Positions 14,251 through 21,763 of a DNA stretch of 25,557 bases are shown in pieces. Where the stretch lies: positions 1 through 25,557 of IMG/VR virus record IMGVR_UViG_3300045280_000043; one strand, written 5' to 3'. Source of the stretch: a virus (Duplodnaviria > Caudoviricetes). The number at the start of each line of letters is the position of its first letter. The stretch's first letter is position 1. A program made the translations under genes and the position numbers. The notes under the pieces are model-generated. The model saw nothing but the letters and a program-made list of their open reading frames with translations, did not search any database and was not told the origin of the DNA.

Positions 14251-16011
14251 GTGGCCTCGGTGGTGATCCCGGAGCGCGCGATGACCTACGCGGTGGTGTG
14301 GGACGACCTGGGGCTGCTGAAGATCGGGCGTGCGTGGAAGATGCACCGGCTGCGGCGCCTGACGGCCTCTGGCGGGCGGGTGGTGATGCTCTGGCGCGAC
14401 ACCCCGGCGGGGTTCGAGCGGTACGCGCTGCGCGAGGTCGGGCGGCACTTCGAGCGGGCGTTCGCGAGCGCGGACGAGTCGCTCGGGGTGCTACCGCACG
14501 GGCGGGGCTGGACAGAGGTGTTCCGGGTGACCGCGGGGTCGCTCGGGCACGCGATGAAGATGATCTTTCGAGGAGTGGCGCGGTATGAGCGTGACCAGCA
14601 GGCACCGCAGCGTGCCGCCGACGATGTTCGCGGACGAGCTGCTGATGGAGCTGCCGGCGGCGGTGCGGCTGACGGGGGTGGGCCTGCACTTCTACGCGGA
14701 CGACGAGGGGCGGGCGCCGGCGAACCCGGCGCTGCTCAAGGGGCAGCTGTGGCCGCTGGACGACGAGGTGACCCTCGACGTGATCGACGAGCACCTGGTG
14801 GCGCTCGAGGACGCCGGCTACATCCAGCTCTACACCGCGGGTGGTCGGACGCTGCTGGCGGTCGCGGAGTGGCCGGCGACGGACCGCGGGAAGCCGTCGC
14901 GGCTGCCGCCGCCCCCGCCTCGCGAGGGTGTCGCGACGTCCTCGCGAGGCTCTCGCGAATCTCTCGCGGTAGTGGAGGAGAGGAAGGAGAGAGGAGGGGG
15001 TGCAGGAGTGCAGGGGGGTGCAGGAGGAGGCGGGGAGAGCGCGGGAGGGGCGCCCGCCGCGACCACCGACGAGCCCCGACCGTTCTGCGCCAAGCACATG
15101 CCCTACGGGACCGACACCCCCTGCGGTCCCTGCGGTGGGGCCAGGAAGCGACACGACCTCTGGCTGCAGGACCAGGTGACCGCAGCAGTAGCCGACCTCG
15201 ACGGGAGCGCCGACCGATGACCACGTTCGACCACTGGGCCGTCGACCGGGAGGACCTGTACCGCTCGGTCCGCGAGCTCGTGGACCTGCTGCCCGAGCTC
15301 GTCGCGCTCGTGCCGGAGCAGGCCGCCGCGCTCGAGTCCGAGCCGGGTCTGAGCGGCACGACCCGGATCGCCCCGCCGATGCCGTGGAACGCGGCCGCGG
15401 CGCTGATGTTCTACGAGATCCACGGCGACGCCCGTCGGTTCGAGTCGCTCCTGACGATCCGGCTGTCCCGCACGGCGAAGTTCCGCGGCGGGTCAGGCAG
15501 GCACACCGTGGAGTGCCTGCAGGGATTGCCCCTGCTCGTCGAGCACGGCCGCGCGAGCGGCTTGCCCGACCTCGACCTCGTGGACGTCACGCAGGCGCTG
15601 CTGACTTGGCCGAAGCGGGTGCGGGTGCTGCTCGGCCAGGAGCGTGACGGTGACGCCCGACCGACCCCGGTGCCCGGCGGGGCGTGCTGCCCGGAGTGCA
15701 GCCGGGACCTGGTGCTGTCGGCCGGCTGGCGCGCGCTCGAGGCGAACGCGTCCGCCGAGTGCCCGTCGTGCCGCGACGACGAGACCGGCCGGCCGCTGCG
15801 GTGGCCGGTCACCGAGCTGGTCGGTCTGCCGCAGCACGAGGAGCTGCTGACCGCCGAGGACGCACGGCACCGGTTCGACCTGTCGACATCGGTCCTGCGG
15901 GTGTGGAAGCACCGCGGCCGGATCCACCCCTACGGCCGGAACGACGCCGGTCGTCCCCTGTTCCGGGTCAGCGACATCCGCGCGCTCATGACCGCCGCCG
16001 AGCAGCCGTGA
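14251..16011 (+). CDS. GIY-YIG/T5orf172-like N-terminal domain (~14251-14590) whose frame reads through to 16011
   Basis: TYAVVW…LLKIGRA…R…E…GWTEVF pattern; GGAAGG SD fits GTG 14251. No in-frame stop before 16009. Confidence 0.4.
   Translation: MASVVIPERAMTYAVVWDDLGLLKIGRAWKMHRLRRLTASGGRVVMLWRDTPAGFERYALREVGRHFERAFASADESLGVLPHGRGWTEVFRVTAGSLGHAMKMIFRGVARYERDQQAPQRAADDVRGRAADGAAGGGAADGGGPALLRGRRGAGAGEPGAAQGAAVAAGRRGDPRRDRRAPGGARGRRLHPALHRGWSDAAGGRGVAGDGPREAVAAAAAPASRGCRDVLARLSRISRGSGGEEGERRGCRSAGGCRRRRGERGRGARRDHRRAPTVLRQAHALRDRHPLRSLRWGQEATRPLAAGPGDRSSSRPRRERRPMTTFDHWAVDREDLYRSVRELVDLLPELVALVPEQAAALESEPGLSGTTRIAPPMPWNAAAALMFYEIHGDARRFESLLTIRLSRTAKFRGGSGRHTVECLQGLPLLVEHGRASGLPDLDLVDVTQALLTWPKRVRVLLGQERDGDARPTPVPGGACCPECSRDLVLSAGWRALEANASAECPSCRDDETGRPLRWPVTELVGLPQHEELLTAEDARHRFDLSTSVLRVWKHRGRIHPYGRNDAGRPLFRVSDIRALMTAAEQP
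14585..15220 (+). CDS. Phage replication initiator / replisome organiser (winged-helix N-terminus, lambda O-like layout)
   Basis: RSVPPTMF…RLTGVGLHFYADDEGR…LLKGQLWPLD…LEDAGYIQLY; GAGGAG SD; internal iterons; C-terminal CxxH…CxxC. Confidence 0.8.
   Translation: MSVTSRHRSVPPTMFADELLMELPAAVRLTGVGLHFYADDEGRAPANPALLKGQLWPLDDEVTLDVIDEHLVALEDAGYIQLYTAGGRTLLAVAEWPATDRGKPSRLPPPPPREGVATSSRGSRESLAVVEERKERGGGAGVQGGAGGGGESAGGAPAATTDEPRPFCAKHMPYGTDTPCGPCGGARKRHDLWLQDQVTAAVADLDGSADR
14918..14970. repeat. Iteron-like array: five TCGCGR cores at 11-bp period (putative phage origin)
   Basis: TCGCGA at 14920, 14931, 14942, 14953 and TCGCGG at 14964, followed by a purine-rich tract at 14971-15050. Confidence 0.75.
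15217..16011 (+). CDS. Zn-ribbon plus C-terminal MerR-like HTH protein, probable late-gene regulator
   Basis: GGGAG SD, ATGA coupling; CPEC…CPSC; LLTAEDARHRFDLSTSVLRVWKHRGRI…PLFRVSDI. Last early gene before the late promoter. Confidence 0.78.
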   Translation: MTTFDHWAVDREDLYRSVRELVDLLPELVALVPEQAAALESEPGLSGTTRIAPPMPWNAAAALMFYEIHGDARRFESLLTIRLSRTAKFRGGSGRHTVECLQGLPLLVEHGRASGLPDLDLVDVTQALLTWPKRVRVLLGQERDGDARPTPVPGGACCPECSRDLVLSAGWRALEANASAECPSCRDDETGRPLRWPVTELVGLPQHEELLTAEDARHRFDLSTSVLRVWKHRGRIHPYGRNDAGRPLFRVSDIRALMTAAEQP

Positions 16012-16041
16012 CCTGGTGAGTCTGGGCCTGTCGCGGCCGCG

Positions 16042-16070
16042 TTGACGACGGAACCACAGCCGTGTAACTT
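16042..16070 (+). promoter_or_regulatory. Putative late promoter (-35 TTGACG, 17 bp, -10 TAACTT)
   Basis: TTGACG 16042-16047 and TAACTT 16065-16070, in the intergenic gap before HNH. Confidence 0.7.
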
Positions 16071-16090
16071 TCCGGGTGCAGAGGTATGCC

Positions 16091-16127
16091 AAGGCCCGGA
16101 CCGACACGGTTCGGGCCTTCGTCATGT
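16091..16127 (+). terminator. Hairpin/terminator in the late leader
   Basis: AAGGCCCGGACCG-ACA-CGGTTCGGGCCTT (13-bp stem, one G·U), followed by CGTCATGT. Confidence 0.65.
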
Positions 16128-16141
16128 CGGGGGGCGCGCAG

Positions 16142-16471
16142 ATGGTCGCCAGCCGCACGGGCAGCACGGCGTACCTCCGGTCTCGCCGGATCGTGCTGAC
16201 GAGGGCGCGCCGGCAGGGCCTGACGCACTGCCCGGGCTACACGGACGAGGCCGGGGTCTACCACCCGTGCGGGGTCGAGCTCGACTACGTCACGCCGCTG
16301 CTGGACAACTCGGCCGAGACCGACCACATCGTCGAGTACCGGCACGGCGGGACGGACGACCCCAGCAACCTCCGGGTCCTGTGTCGCCGGCAGAACCGCG
16401 AACGCAGCCGTGAGCGCGCGCCGGTTGCCGTCGCCCCGCCGACCGACTTCCCCGTCTCGCAGGACTGGTGA
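16142..16471 (+). CDS. HNH endonuclease (packaging-associated)
   Basis: ETDHIVEYRHGGTDDPSNLRVLCRRQN; immediately upstream of the terminase module. Confidence 0.88.
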   Translation: MVASRTGSTAYLRSRRIVLTRARRQGLTHCPGYTDEAGVYHPCGVELDYVTPLLDNSAETDHIVEYRHGGTDDPSNLRVLCRRQNRERSRERAPVAVAPPTDFPVSQDW

Positions 16472-16585
16472 CCCCCCGCCGCCGGCCGCGCCGGCGGCGG
16501 GGGTGGGGAGGGTCCCCCCTCGGGGCCCAGGGGGCCCGCCCCCCCGGGGATAGCGGGATCTCTCCCCGCGGGCCGTGGGGGGTTG
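16471..16585. other. Candidate cos/packaging region with a 14-bp perfect inverted repeat and G/C runs
   Basis: Non-coding gap after HNH. CCCCCGCCGCCGGC (16473-16486) / GCCGGCGGCGGGGG (16490-16503); GGGGATAGCGGGATCTCTCCCC. The cos assignment is positional inference. Confidence 0.45.
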
Positions 16586-16666
16586 CGTCCGCGTTTCGTC
16601 CGCGTTCTTCCAGGTCAGGTCGCATGCGGTCTGGTCAGCGGCTTCGGTGCGAGGGGGGGCGAGCAC

Positions 16667-17002
16667 GTGGACGACGGGGAGCGCGCGGAGCGCAGGTTCC
16701 GACGTAAGGTCGGTCAGGCGCTGATGGCGGCGCTCGAGGCGGTGCCGGAGATTCGGCCGCTGCGGTGCACGATCCACGACCAGGCCCTGTCGGACTGCAC
16801 GGCCGAGGACCACGGGTGCACGGTGCTCGACGCCGAGCCGTACCCGACGGCGCTGCTGACGGGGTTCGTCGTCACCGTCCAGTTCAACGTCCCGAAGCCG
16901 GACCCTGACCACGATCCGACGGAGGGTGCTGCGTTCGTCGCGCCGGACCAGCCCCGCGCGACCACGCTCGGCCTGCTGGCGCTCGCGGGTGAGGCGCTGT
17001 GA
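16667..17002 (+). CDS. Hypothetical phage protein
   Basis: GAGGGGG SD, GTG start; ALLTGFVVTVQF…DQPRATTLGLL. Confidence 0.65.
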   Translation: MDDGERAERRFRRKVGQALMAALEAVPEIRPLRCTIHDQALSDCTAEDHGCTVLDAEPYPTALLTGFVVTVQFNVPKPDPDHDPTEGAAFVAPDQPRATTLGLLALAGEAL

Positions 17003-17021
17003 GGCGCTGAGGAGGTGCCCG

Positions 17022-17474
17022 GTGTCACGGACTCCGCCGCCTCGTCGGTGTGCGCTGTGCGGCGGGCCGATGCCGGCGCCGAAGGGCACGGGCCGGATGG
17101 CGAAGTACTGCTCGGTCGACTGCCGACGCCGCGCGAACCGCGGGGCCCCGCCGCGCAACCCTGCGACCGAGGCCGCCCGGGCGCCCGCACAGCCCGCCGA
17201 GGCGGTCCCCGCGATCTCCGCCCCGCTCGAGGTCCCGGGCACCGGCCGGCGCCTGGACTACCTGCAGCGCCACCGCGACCGGCTCGACCGGCTGCTCGAG
17301 AACTGCCCCGCCGACAAGATCGTCCCGGTCTCCAAGGAGTTCCGCGACGTGCTGAACGAGATCGAGACGCTCACGGCCACGGCGCCGCCCGAGGCAGGGA
17401 GGCGCGATGAGCAGCCCGGCGCTCGCGGAGGCGGCGGAGGGCCACGTCGATCGTTCGACGCTGCCGCTATCTGA
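17022..17474 (+). CDS. Terminase small subunit with N-terminal Zn finger
   Basis: GGAGG SD; CALCG…GR…YCSVDCR; helical LQRHRDRLDRLL…SKEFRDVLNEIETL; ends FDAAAI; directly precedes and overlaps the large terminase. Confidence 0.7.
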   Translation: MSRTPPPRRCALCGGPMPAPKGTGRMAKYCSVDCRRRANRGAPPRNPATEAARAPAQPAEAVPAISAPLEVPGTGRRLDYLQRHRDRLDRLLENCPADKIVPVSKEFRDVLNEIETLTATAPPEAGRRDEQPGARGGGGGPRRSFDAAAI

Positions 17475-19017
17475 GGTCGCCCGCCACGTGGTCATCCCCG
17501 AGGGGATCGTCGACACCCTGTGGTTCCAGGTCGAGGAGCGGTGCCGGGAGTTCGGCGACACCTTCGACACCTGGCAGGACGGCCTGGGGCAGATCATCCT
17601 GGGGGTGCGCGAGGACGGGACGTGGGCCGCGACGGTCGGCGGGGTGGTCATCGCGATCCCGCGGCAGGTCGCCAAGACGTTCATCGTGGGCCGGATCGTG
17701 GTGGCCCTGTGCACGATCTTCCCGAACCTCACCGTGCTGTGGACCGCGCACCGCGGACGCACGTCGACCAAGACGTTCGAGTCGCTCAAGGCGATGGTGC
17801 GCCGGCGAGCGGTCAAGCAGCACCTGCAGCCGAGCCGCAACGACGGCATCCGGGGCACGAACGGCGAGCAGGAGATCCGGTTCCGCAACGGGTCGGTGAT
17901 CATGTTCGGGGCCCGCGAGCAGGGCTTCGGGCGCGGCTTCGACGAGGTCGACATCGAGGTGTTCGACGAGGCGCAGATCCTCACCGAGAGCGCCCTCGAG
18001 GACATGGTCCCGGCCACGAACCAGTCACGGTGGCGCCACGGCGCGCTGCTGTTCTTCATGGGCACCCCGCCGCGTCCGCGCGACCCGGGCGAGGAGTTCG
18101 CGAACCGCCGCAAGGACGCGCTCGCCACCAAGCCGGACGGCGTCGTGGTCGCCGAGGCCGGCAACACCCTGTACGTCGAGTGCTCCGCGGACCCGGACGT
18201 CGGCAAGCCTGGCGGCCCGAGCCTGGACGACCCTGAGCAGATCAAGAAGGCGAACCCGTCCTACCCGCACCGCACGCCGCCGATGTCGGTGGCGCGGCTG
18301 CGCGCGCAGCTCAAGTCCGACGACTCGTGGCGCCGCGAGGGCCTGGGCGTCTGGGACGAGGACACCGCGGCGACGGTCATCAAGTCCTCGCAGTGGGGCG
18401 ACCTCGCGATCGACGCCGACATCGCGCCGACCGAGGGGCCGGTCGCCTACGGCGTGAAGTTCTCCGCCGACGGCGAGCGGGTGGGGTGCGGTGTCGCCCG
18501 CCTGGCGGAGGACGGCAGCGAGCACGTCGAGGCCCTCGGGGTCGCGCGCACGTCTGACGGCACCGCGGCGCTGGTCGCGTGGCTCGCGGCGCGGGCTCAC
18601 CTCGGGCGGATCCTGATCGACGGCAAGGCCGGCGCCGGGGACCTGCTGAACGAGCTGCGCACCGCGGGGGTGCCCCGCCGGCGGGTGGCCGTCATGACCA
18701 CCGACGAGGCGATCACCGCGCACACCGGGTTCCTGCGGGCGGTGCACGAGGGGTCGCTGACCCACATCGCGCAGCCGGGCCTCGACGCCGCGGTCAAGAT
18801 CGCCGGCAAGCGGAAGATCGGGCAGGCCGGCGGCTGGGGTTGGCAGGCCGTCACCTCGGACGGCGACGTGACGGCCCTGGACGCGGTGACGATCGCCCGG
18901 CACGCGGTGGTGACCGACAAGCGCGCCACCGGCGCGGGTCGCACCCCGGGCGGCGGGCGCACTGCCGGCGGCAACAGGACATCGAGCGGACGACGGGCGG
19001 GGGTGGTGGTGTCGTGA
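17407..19017 (+). CDS. terL: Terminase large subunit
   Basis: Walker A variant IPRQVAKT, VLWTAH, Walker B IEVFDEAQ, coupling motif MGTPP, ANPS, RREGLGVW. Start codon uncertain. Confidence 0.92.
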   Translation: MSSPALAEAAEGHVDRSTLPLSEVARHVVIPEGIVDTLWFQVEERCREFGDTFDTWQDGLGQIILGVREDGTWAATVGGVVIAIPRQVAKTFIVGRIVVALCTIFPNLTVLWTAHRGRTSTKTFESLKAMVRRRAVKQHLQPSRNDGIRGTNGEQEIRFRNGSVIMFGAREQGFGRGFDEVDIEVFDEAQILTESALEDMVPATNQSRWRHGALLFFMGTPPRPRDPGEEFANRRKDALATKPDGVVVAEAGNTLYVECSADPDVGKPGGPSLDDPEQIKKANPSYPHRTPPMSVARLRAQLKSDDSWRREGLGVWDEDTAATVIKSSQWGDLAIDADIAPTEGPVAYGVKFSADGERVGCGVARLAEDGSEHVEALGVARTSDGTAALVAWLAARAHLGRILIDGKAGAGDLLNELRTAGVPRRRVAVMTTDEAITAHTGFLRAVHEGSLTHIAQPGLDAAVKIAGKRKIGQAGGWGWQAVTSDGDVTALDAVTIARHAVVTDKRATGAGRTPGGGRTAGGNRTSSGRRAGVVVS

Positions 19018-20444
19018 CCTCGCAGACGATCCGGCTCCCCGGCCTGGACGAGGACGACGAGCGCACGCTGAACCACCTGGTGGAGCAGCTCGACCGGCAC
19101 CAGGGCACGAACCGGCTGCTCGACGCGTACTACGACGCCGAGCGGAACATGCGCAAGATGTTCGGCGGCGTCGTCCCGCAGCAGTACTACCGGCTCGGCC
19201 TGGCGCTGGGCTGGTCGTCCAAGGGCGTCGACGCCCTGGGGCGGCGCTGCAACCTCGAGCGGATGGTCTGGGCCGATGGCGACCTCGACTCCTCCGGGTT
19301 CCGCGAGGTCTGGGACGGCAACCGTGTCGAGTCCGAGGTCGACCAAGCCATCACCGACACCCTGGTGCACGGGCTGTCGTTCGGTGTCGCCTCCAAGGGC
19401 GGGGAGCGCGAGCCCGGCGGGCTGCTGCACTTCTACTCCGCGGTCGACGCCACCGGCGACCGGAACCCCGTCACGCGCCGGCTCGACAACCTGCTGATCG
19501 CGCGCGAGCGCGGGGAGCAGAACCGGATCACCGCGCTGTCGCTGCTACTGCCCGGCCGCACGATCGCCGCAGCGATCGACGGCGGCAAGTGGGAGATCCT
19601 GGACGAGTCGGAGCACAAGTTCGGGGTGCCGGCCGCTCCGCTGGTCTACCGCCCCCGCCTGCGCCGCCCGATGGGCCGCTCCCGGCTCACCCGCCCCGTG
19701 CGGGGCCTGCAGGACGCCGGCGTGCGCGCCCTGGTGCGTCTCGAGGGGCACATGGACATCTACGCCTACCCCGAGTTCTGGATGCTCGGTGCGGACCCGT
19801 CGATCTTCAAGAACCCCGACGGCACCGCGATGGCCGAGTGGATGCAGCGCCTCGGTCGGATCAAGGGCATCCCCGACGACCAGGACCTCCTCAAGGACGA
19901 GAACCCCCTGGCCCGGGCGGACGTGAAGAAGTTCGACGCGGCATCCCCGGCGCCGCACCTGTCGGCGCTGAACGTGTACGCCAAGGCCTTCGCCCGCGAG
20001 CTGTCGCTGCCGGACTGGTCGGTCGCCCTGACCGACGTCGCGAACCCGACCAGCGCCGAGGCCTACGACGCCGGCCAGCACGAGCTCATCGCCGAGGCCG
20101 AGGGCACGATCCGCGAGCTCACCCCCGCGCTGCGCCGGCTGGTGCCGATCGCGATGGCGATGCAGTCCAACATGGACACCGTCCCGACGCAGTGGTCGTC
20201 GATCGACGCGCAGTGGCGCGACCCGCGCTACCAGTCCCGCGCCGCGCAGGCCGACGCGGGGTCGAAGGCGCTCGCGGCGGTCCCCGAGCTCGCGCAGACC
20301 GAGGTCGGGCTCGAGCTGCTCGGCCTGACCCCGCAGCAGATCGAGCGGTTCCAGTCCGAGCGGCGCCGGGCGCGCGGCACCGCCACGATCGACGCGCTGC
20401 TCGCCGCGGCCCGGCAGGGCGGCACCGGTGGTCTCGCCGGCTGA
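19014..20444 (+). CDS. Portal protein (SPP1 gp6-like)
   Basis: Follows TerL; YYD, GWSSKGVDALGRR, RPMGRSR, NPTSAEA, WRDPRYQSRAAQADA, LELLGL. Confidence 0.9.
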   Translation: MTSQTIRLPGLDEDDERTLNHLVEQLDRHQGTNRLLDAYYDAERNMRKMFGGVVPQQYYRLGLALGWSSKGVDALGRRCNLERMVWADGDLDSSGFREVWDGNRVESEVDQAITDTLVHGLSFGVASKGGEREPGGLLHFYSAVDATGDRNPVTRRLDNLLIARERGEQNRITALSLLLPGRTIAAAIDGGKWEILDESEHKFGVPAAPLVYRPRLRRPMGRSRLTRPVRGLQDAGVRALVRLEGHMDIYAYPEFWMLGADPSIFKNPDGTAMAEWMQRLGRIKGIPDDQDLLKDENPLARADVKKFDAASPAPHLSALNVYAKAFARELSLPDWSVALTDVANPTSAEAYDAGQHELIAEAEGTIRELTPALRRLVPIAMAMQSNMDTVPTQWSSIDAQWRDPRYQSRAAQADAGSKALAAVPELAQTEVGLELLGLTPQQIERFQSERRRARGTATIDALLAAARQGGTGGLAG

Positions 20445-21168
20445 CGCTGAGCGGCTCCGGCAGGTCCAGATCGCCGTCCGCAAGCTCGTGCGCCGCGAGC
20501 TGACGGCGTTCTTCGACTACCTGAACCTCTCGCGCCCCGAGGCCGCGCGGGACGCGCTGCTCGAGTTCGTGCCCTACCTGGTCGAGAAGTACGGCGACTC
20601 GGCCGCCGCGATGGCCGCCGACTGGTACGACGAGCTGCGCGCCGCGGAGAACGTCCCAGGACGGTTCCGGGCCCTGGCGCAGCCCTCGCCGTACCTCGAC
20701 GGCGTCGAGGGCACCGTGCGTCGTGCGGCCGGCTCGCTGTTCACCGACACCCCCACGGCCGCCCTGGGTGTCCTGCTCGGCACCACCGAGAAGTACGTCC
20801 TGGCCGCCGCTCGGCAGACCGTCACGACGTCCGCCGACCGGGACCCGCGCGCGAGCGGGTGGCGGCGGATCACCCGCGCCGGCGCCTGCGACTTCTGCGT
20901 GCTGCTCGCCGGGCGCGGTGCGGTCTACAAGGAGCACACCGTGCACTTCGCGGCGCACGGCGGTGCCACTGGCGGGGAGTGCAACTGTGCGGCCGTCCCG
21001 GACTGGGACCCCGATGCCCCCGAGGTCGACGTGAAGCTCTACGAGGCCTCCGTGCGCACCACGGCGTGGCGTCTGGCGGCAGCCCGCGGCGACCAGCGCG
21101 CCGTCGAACGTCTCGCGCAGCACAACGCGCTCATCCAGCGCGCGATCGCCGAGTACGTCACCCACTGA
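20428..21168 (+). CDS. MuF-like minor head / capsid maturation protein
   Basis: YGDSAAAMAADWYD; WRRI…ACDFCVLLAGRGAVY…H…CNC; located after portal. Confidence 0.8.
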   Translation: MVSPADAERLRQVQIAVRKLVRRELTAFFDYLNLSRPEAARDALLEFVPYLVEKYGDSAAAMAADWYDELRAAENVPGRFRALAQPSPYLDGVEGTVRRAAGSLFTDTPTAALGVLLGTTEKYVLAAARQTVTTSADRDPRASGWRRITRAGACDFCVLLAGRGAVYKEHTVHFAAHGGATGGECNCAAVPDWDPDAPEVDVKLYEASVRTTAWRLAAARGDQRAVERLAQHNALIQRAIAEYVTH

Positions 21169-21238
21169 CCTCCCCGCGCTCGTGCGGGGGTACGCCCACG
21201 CGTGGCGGTCAACACGCGGTCACTAGGAGGTAGCAGCG

Positions 21239-21739
21239 ATGCCCGATCTCGACAACCCCGAGGGCGGCGACGAGGGCGCCAAGGCCTACGTCCCGCCGGC
21301 CACCCAGGCCGACCTCGACGCGATCATCGGCAAGCGGCTCGCGCGCGTCGAGGCCAAGTTCGGCGACTACGACGACCTCAAGGCCAAGGCGGCCCGCCTC
21401 GACGAGATCGAGGAGGCCAACAAGACCGAGGCCCAGAAGGCCGCCGACCGGATCTCCGCCGCGGAGGCCGAGGCGGCGTCGGTCCCGGCCAAGGTCGCCG
21501 ACGGCCTGCGGTCGGCGCTCGTGTCGCTCGGCGTGGTCCCCGAGGACCGCAAGGTGCTGCTCACCGCCACCGACCCCGATGCCCTGCTCGAGCAGGTCAA
21601 GGCGATCCAGGGCATCGCGTCGGACCGCATCAAGAAGACCGGCGGACGCGACGCGCTCGCCGGGCGTACCCCTTCCACCCCCGGCGGGGCGGACCCGAAG
21701 CGTGAGTGGCTTCGCGGCCTGACCGGCCGGGACGACTGA
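21239..21739 (+). CDS. Head scaffolding protein
   Basis: AGGAGG SD; TQADLDAIIGKRLAR…DYDDLKAKA…EEANKTEAQK coiled coil; precedes the capsid gene. Confidence 0.88.
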   Translation: MPDLDNPEGGDEGAKAYVPPATQADLDAIIGKRLARVEAKFGDYDDLKAKAARLDEIEEANKTEAQKAADRISAAEAEAASVPAKVADGLRSALVSLGVVPEDRKVLLTATDPDALLEQVKAIQGIASDRIKKTGGRDALAGRTPSTPGGADPKREWLRGLTGRDD

Positions 21740-21763
21740 CACCAGAGCCCTGAGGAGGCAGCC

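Noticed and set aside
14918-14970. Short regular repeats considered as a CRISPR array
   Set aside because: 11-bp period, no unique spacers, no cas genes; they lie within the initiator gene.
16989-17012. GTGAGGCGCT tandem duplication at a gene end
   Set aside because: 10-nt local duplication around a stop codon and SD; no functional signal.
17656-17680. Terminase Walker A PRQVAKT (Ala for Gly) as evidence of a defective prophage
   Set aside because: Catalytic Lys/Thr and all other motifs are intact and no frameshifts are seen in the structural genes; insufficient evidence.
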